Assembly: GCF_003704095.1 (NCBI RefSeq)
Contig: NW_020844782.1
Location: 310,001 to 374,000, forward strand
Length of the DNA: 64,000 nucleotides
Reading direction: 5' to 3'
Origin: Pocillopora damicornis
Taxonomy: Eukaryota
Shown here: positions 59,401-64,000 of the stretch, in pieces
Position numbering within the stretch: the first letter of the stretch is position 1
Layout: each line of letters opens with the position of its first letter
Made by a program: the position numbers and the translations under genes
Notes under the pieces: model-generated
Told to the model about the DNA's origin: nothing
Database searches by the model: none
What the model saw: only the letters and a program-made list of their open reading frames with translations

Positions 59401-61614
59401 CTTAAGGCTTTTTTTAGAAATGTAAGTTAAGGTTCTCGATCATACGCTGTTCGCAGTTACTGTATGAGCTAATAAACTACACGAAGAAAGATTTTTCGTG
59501 AAAGGAAAAATTGCTGCTTTAAGGCTTACAGAAAACTTGATCAGACAATGGCGGTCTTTTTTTCGTATAGATTGCTGTAAATTAGTCCACAGCAATAGCA
59601 AATGCTTCCGAATGAACTTAGAAACAAATTAAAAGAGAGAGCAGAAAAGTCCTTTTATTTTCTGACGATTGGCTAACGCTCGAAACGTCGCCTGTTGAAG
59701 CTAAATATGGTGGCAATTTACATAGTCATCATATTTGATGACACAAAATTCGTGTAAAATCGTGTCTCTTGAACGCGTCCTGGTTAAACCAGAAGTCAGA
59801 TTTTATTCTTGGTTACGTTCCTCTCATTGAAACAATAATTCGCTTGTAAAAAATGTGCTTTCACTTTATTTGGGGGCGCAGAAATATGCATCGCCGTTTG
59901 TTTGATTCAAAGTTTTAAAGGTTTCAAATCATGAAACCGTCAGAATTTTGATATCGGAAATCATCACGCCGATTGTCTGAGCAAATCGAAAATTGTCGAA
60001 TTCAAAAGTTGAAACTGTCCATCAGAAAAAAATGAAGTCTTTTTCGTAATTCGAAAGTTTCACAAAAATGTGTTAAGGAGCAACAGGGGTAAATTTAAGG
60101 TAAATGCTCCTGTCTTATATTTCATATTTCATATCAGCGTGCGCATGCACTGTACTGATAAGGTCGAAGTGCGCTTCATAGCTCCGAACTTCAGGAAACA
60201 GTATTAACTGTAATGGGAAAATAAGCATGGCTCTCGGTTCAGGATTCTTCGCTTGACACTTGGAAATTTGCGTGAGCTTGACAAGTTTGGCTGTTCTGCG
60301 TTCAACCTTAACTATTCAGGCGAATATGGAAGCGATCTTCGTAGTAATGAACACTACTTAAACAGTAGCGAAAAGAAGGCCTGAAAAAAATTCAGGACTG
60401 TATGGGACCCGAACCCATGACCCTTGCGATACCGGTGCATTGCTCCACCAACTGAGCTAACAAACCAACTGGATTTTTTTCAGTTCAACTGAATTTTTTT
60501 CAGGCCTTTTTTTCACTCCTGCTTAAGTAGTGTTCATTACTGCAAAGATCGCTTCCGTATTCACGTCTTTATCCGCAGTTCAAATATACGACTTTCATAT
60601 ATTCACAGCCGTTTATTCACCTCTTCACGGGTTTATTTGGAACCAACACAGTGACCAGCTCCCAGTTGGTTTGTTAGTTCAGTTGGTGGAGCACTGCACC
60701 GGTATCGCAGGGGTCATGGGTTCGGGTTCCGTACAACTGCTTAAGTAGTGTTCATTACTGCGAAGATCACTTCCATAGTCACGTCTTTATCGCAGTCAAA
60801 TAAATGACTTTCATACATTCACAGCCGTTTAACTAATTAGACTGATGAGTAGTTCTGGAGATTCACCCAACGTGTTTTCTCACGCCATCTAGGATTGTTG
60901 AAACGAAAACACAGCGGCGGACGAGATCCCAGTAGTAGCAACAGCCCAGAGAGTTCCGACAGCGATTATGGCGGTGGTATGGCCTCGGCCTCTAAAAGAC
61001 CTCATGCTGAGTCCCCCTTGACACTTCCTACGGTTATTCCCCCACCGACGGATATCCTGACAAGGGCATTTCCTGGTTTATCGTCCACGGTGCTTGAACA
61101 CGTGTTAAAAGGCTGTAATGGAAATGTCCTTCAAGCCATTGAAGTAATCGTGCAATACAACGCAAGCAGATCACATACAAACGGTCTTCTCGGTCAGTCG
61201 AATATACTGCAGGCTCAACCTCCGAATGACGCCAATCCCCAAGCTCCTCCACCTCCTCCCCAGGCTTCTCACGTTCCTCCCCCGTCCTCAGCTTCCCTTC
61301 CACCCCTGTTCAAATTTAACTACGTAAATGGACAATATCGTTATCTTATGCCGCCATCTTTGATGCCTCTTACGTCATATATGTTCCCTTCGGCTAACGG
61401 CGTCGGACTTCCGTTCCCTCAGTTTCCGGTCGACTTACAGAATCACCAATTCAAGCCGGTTGAAAGTGCACCGGAAGCGGAAGAAAGTGCGAACGGTGAC
61501 ACTAAGCCTGTTGTTAATGCTTATACTTCCGGTGTATGCAAAGGTTGTGGGCAAGAAACTAACCAGGATGAAAATTTATGCGCGAATTGCTCAGCGTCGT
61601 TCAATCGAAAGTAA
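56496..61614 (+). CDS. Dmrt: Doublesex/mab-3-related transcription factor (DM + DMA + C-terminal zinc ribbon), 352 aa (397 aa if the ATG at 56361 is used)
   Basis: Exon 1 ends at 56832 (G|GTAGG) and carries the full DM domain [54 protein letters not shown]. After a phase-1 intron, exon 2 60893-61614 carries the DMA domain [31 protein letters not shown], a Pro-rich region and CKGC-x10-CANC. The subfamily cannot be assigned by eye. Confidence 0.93.
60322..60830. mobile_element. tRNA-derived (SINE-like) repeat in an inverted-plus-tandem arrangement
   Basis: tRNA-like unit GGTTTGTTAGTTCAGTTGGTGGAGCACTGCACCGGTATCGCAGGGGTCATGGGTTCG at ~60668-60735 (A/B boxes, GGT loop), with an inverted copy at ~60398-60470. 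The flanking unit GCTTAAGTAGTGTTCATTACTGC is repeated. Confidence 0.8.
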
Positions 61615-62281
61615 GCAACAATTCAAATTTTCTTCATTAACAATATTTTTTAGAGATTTTCAATAGTTTTTTTTGTTATAAATAATAGAATTTCCAAGGA
61701 GATGGAATAACATTTTTTTTATAAGATTAAATCTTGTAATGTGGAATTTTCACAGTAAAAGTAAATATTTTTTAGAACGCTATTTTTATTGTAAAGCATG
61801 CTTTATCATTGTAATGTTTTATTTCAATTTTGCTTGGATATCTGCAAAGAATTTCAGATGTTAAAATTTTCTAGCAAACGATAAGTGTATTTTCAAATGT
61901 TAATGTTATTAAGACTAATAATTTTAGAGCATGAATTTGTCTCTTTTTATTTCTCGTTCATTTGGATCCAAATATTTGAAACAAATGTCGCTGAGCAGTT
62001 GAATAAAATCTGTTCATGAGTAGCTTGTAGGAAAAGCGCGATTATATTTGTAAATGATCAAGGCAAACTAGCGCTTTTATGGAAAAAAAAATGATTCAAT
62101 AAACGTGAAGGAAATTGTACGTTATTCTGGCCTTAGTGTAATTGTTTGGTTAAGACAAAAGTTGCGACACCTGATATAAGCCATTAACTTACAATCTCTC
62201 TTGCACCGACTTATTATCACTCCTACCTTACGTTTTCAAAAAACGATTTGGCGTTTGATTTATCGTGCTCCTTTTGTGCGT

Positions 62282-62353
62282 TAGCCTTGATATTGGTCCA
62301 GGAGCTAGCCTTGATATTGGTTCAGGAGCTAGCCTTTATATTGGTTCAGGAGT
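62282..62353 (+). repeat. Three tandem 24-bp repeats
   Basis: TAGCCTTGATATTGGT(C/T)CAGGAGC x3. Confidence 0.9.
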
Positions 62354-64000
62354 TTACCGTAATACTATTCTGGTATAGTGGCATGTTCCACACAAAGAAC
62401 AAATGACCCATTTCATTTTTATTTACTATATTACAGTATTGTGGATAATTCTACGATATATTCAACAAAATATTCTTCGTAATTTAAATTAAATTTTGTA
62501 CAAAAGTTTGATCTTTCAACCATTTCCCTAAATAAAGAAACCTATTAGCCACTAATTTAAACCTTTTCAGTTCGGAGACCAGGGAATAAGTTCTCTTTTC
62601 CCCTGCATATTAATTTTAAAGTTATTGGGAGAATTTAGAGCTCTATCATAAAAGCATTCTTCAGCTGACAAAATTGGTTTTCCCCGTCGCTAAATAATAA
62701 AATTATAAGGAGAAATTACAATTCTTGTAATGTGATCTCGGTATCTCAGTAAGTTGTCCCTTGTTGTACTGGGCACTACAAGGCTATTTACATGAAATTA
62801 AATTCAAATTTCAGTGGGGAATGAAAACTGGAGACCAGTCTCATCCGAAGAAACTGACAAAACTGACCCTTACACTAACCCTACGACTAGAAACAGGAGA
62901 CCAGACCTGTCCTTGTTAGCATTACATCTTAATTTATAATCTTGTTGCCAATGATGAGTCTAGCATGGAATCTGATTTTGGGCCAACTGAATCAAATCGT
63001 AAACTCGGGTCCTGCAAAGGAAAAATAGATCACAATTTCAGACGCTCTCAAAAAGTGAAAACCAAAAATAAATCCTCTTGTGAAATGGCGACCGGTATTT
63101 TTATGTGAAGAAGTAGACCCTGGAGTTGAAGAGTAACTAGTCCAAATAGTGAACAAAAAGCAGCAAACTTCTTGGGAGAAATAGCATGGCATGAATACTT
63201 TTCCTTTTTAAAGGATTTCTCATGATTAGGAGTACAAAATGCCACCAGATGGAGAAGGTGAATGTCACAAAGCTCGAAGAATTAACACCCCCCCCCCCAT
63301 GGTATGCCAGTCTCCTGTAGGTAATCATTTTAGTAGGTTTACCTAACAGTTTGCAGGAACCCTTTCCGCTCCTTGGTGGATAAATGCATTTTGAGAGTTA
63401 AGAAAAAAGGTCTGACGAGTAAGGCGAGATCACAGCTCACCACTCTTCTCACCTGTAGTTTAGATAAGAGTCACGAATAACTTTCACCATGTATGCGGCT
63501 GCTTCTCTCTCGCTCTGTGCCGGGCTGAATCTTGCTCTGTTATACACAAAAAACAAAAACAAACGAAAACAAATGAAAACGCCTGACGAGATGTTTATCG
63601 TAAAGTTAAATCCAACGCGATGAACATAGGACTACAGAGTAACTCGTAGTTTGTCACAGAGCAAAAACTCAAACATCTATTTTAAGTTACAGTTCCAAAA
63701 TCTATTCGTCTAACAAAAATAAATATAAATATCTCTACATCATCAATTAAAGCGGTGAACTAAAAGACTACCCTTTCATCATTAATCACCTGAGTCTTTT
63801 GAGTGTTTCCCCCCGGAAACATGGCAGACCAGTGTCCAACATCAGTGCAACAAGGGATACGATTGCTTCCTGGTAAGGCCTGACAGGAGGGAAGAGGATA
63901 GTCAATGTTGAATAAAATAAATCACAAAACAAAAACCAAAGCTACGTAAAGCAAGATGCAAAGAAAAAACGAGTGTGAAGCGTTTTTCTACGCCACTTTA

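Noticed and set aside
59662-59689. Active hammerhead in the Dmrt intron
   Set aside because: The core CTGACGA...GAAACGTC is present, but helix I cannot form with the flanks. It is a decayed Penelope-like fragment.
60668-60735. Functional tRNA-Thr(GGT)
   Set aside because: The acceptor and T stems are broken, it is embedded in a repeated unit with an inverted copy, and GGT is an atypical eukaryotic anticodon. It is SINE-like.

Overview
This is AT-rich, intron-containing animal genomic DNA with many 100-N scaffold gaps. The gene and repeat content points to a stony coral or other anthozoan (inference). (1) 1-26.3 kb: a tandem and inverted array of about 10 copies or fragments of a three-exon coiled-coil + KCTD-type BTB/POZ + TLDc gene. 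Two copies are complete (8297-10728 +, 337 aa; 26273-23729 -, 341 aa). The rest are gap-broken or pseudogenised, and the amino-acid variation is concentrated in the TLDc exon. (2) 27.4-28.9 kb: a secreted PAN-EGF-fibrinogen-like gene. (3) 34.7-42 kb: two intronless class A GPCRs plus a relic third copy. (4) 42-50.6 kb: a transposon-rich zone with PIF/Harbinger, hAT-like and piggyBac-like remnants and a broken uromodulin-type D8C exon. (5) 49.1-61.6 kb: a canonical two-exon Dmrt gene (DM + DMA + C-terminal zinc ribbon). Immediately upstream lies a hand-assembled four-exon gene, mostly invisible in the ORF track, that encodes a DM zinc module lacking the DNA-recognition helix fused to a SHOCT-like C-terminal domain. 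A divergent 7TM ORF is nested in its last intron. The DM-SHOCT/Dmrt pair and the diversifying BTB-TLDc array are the best candidates for an undescribed system. All gene models were spliced by eye, and no database searches were run.
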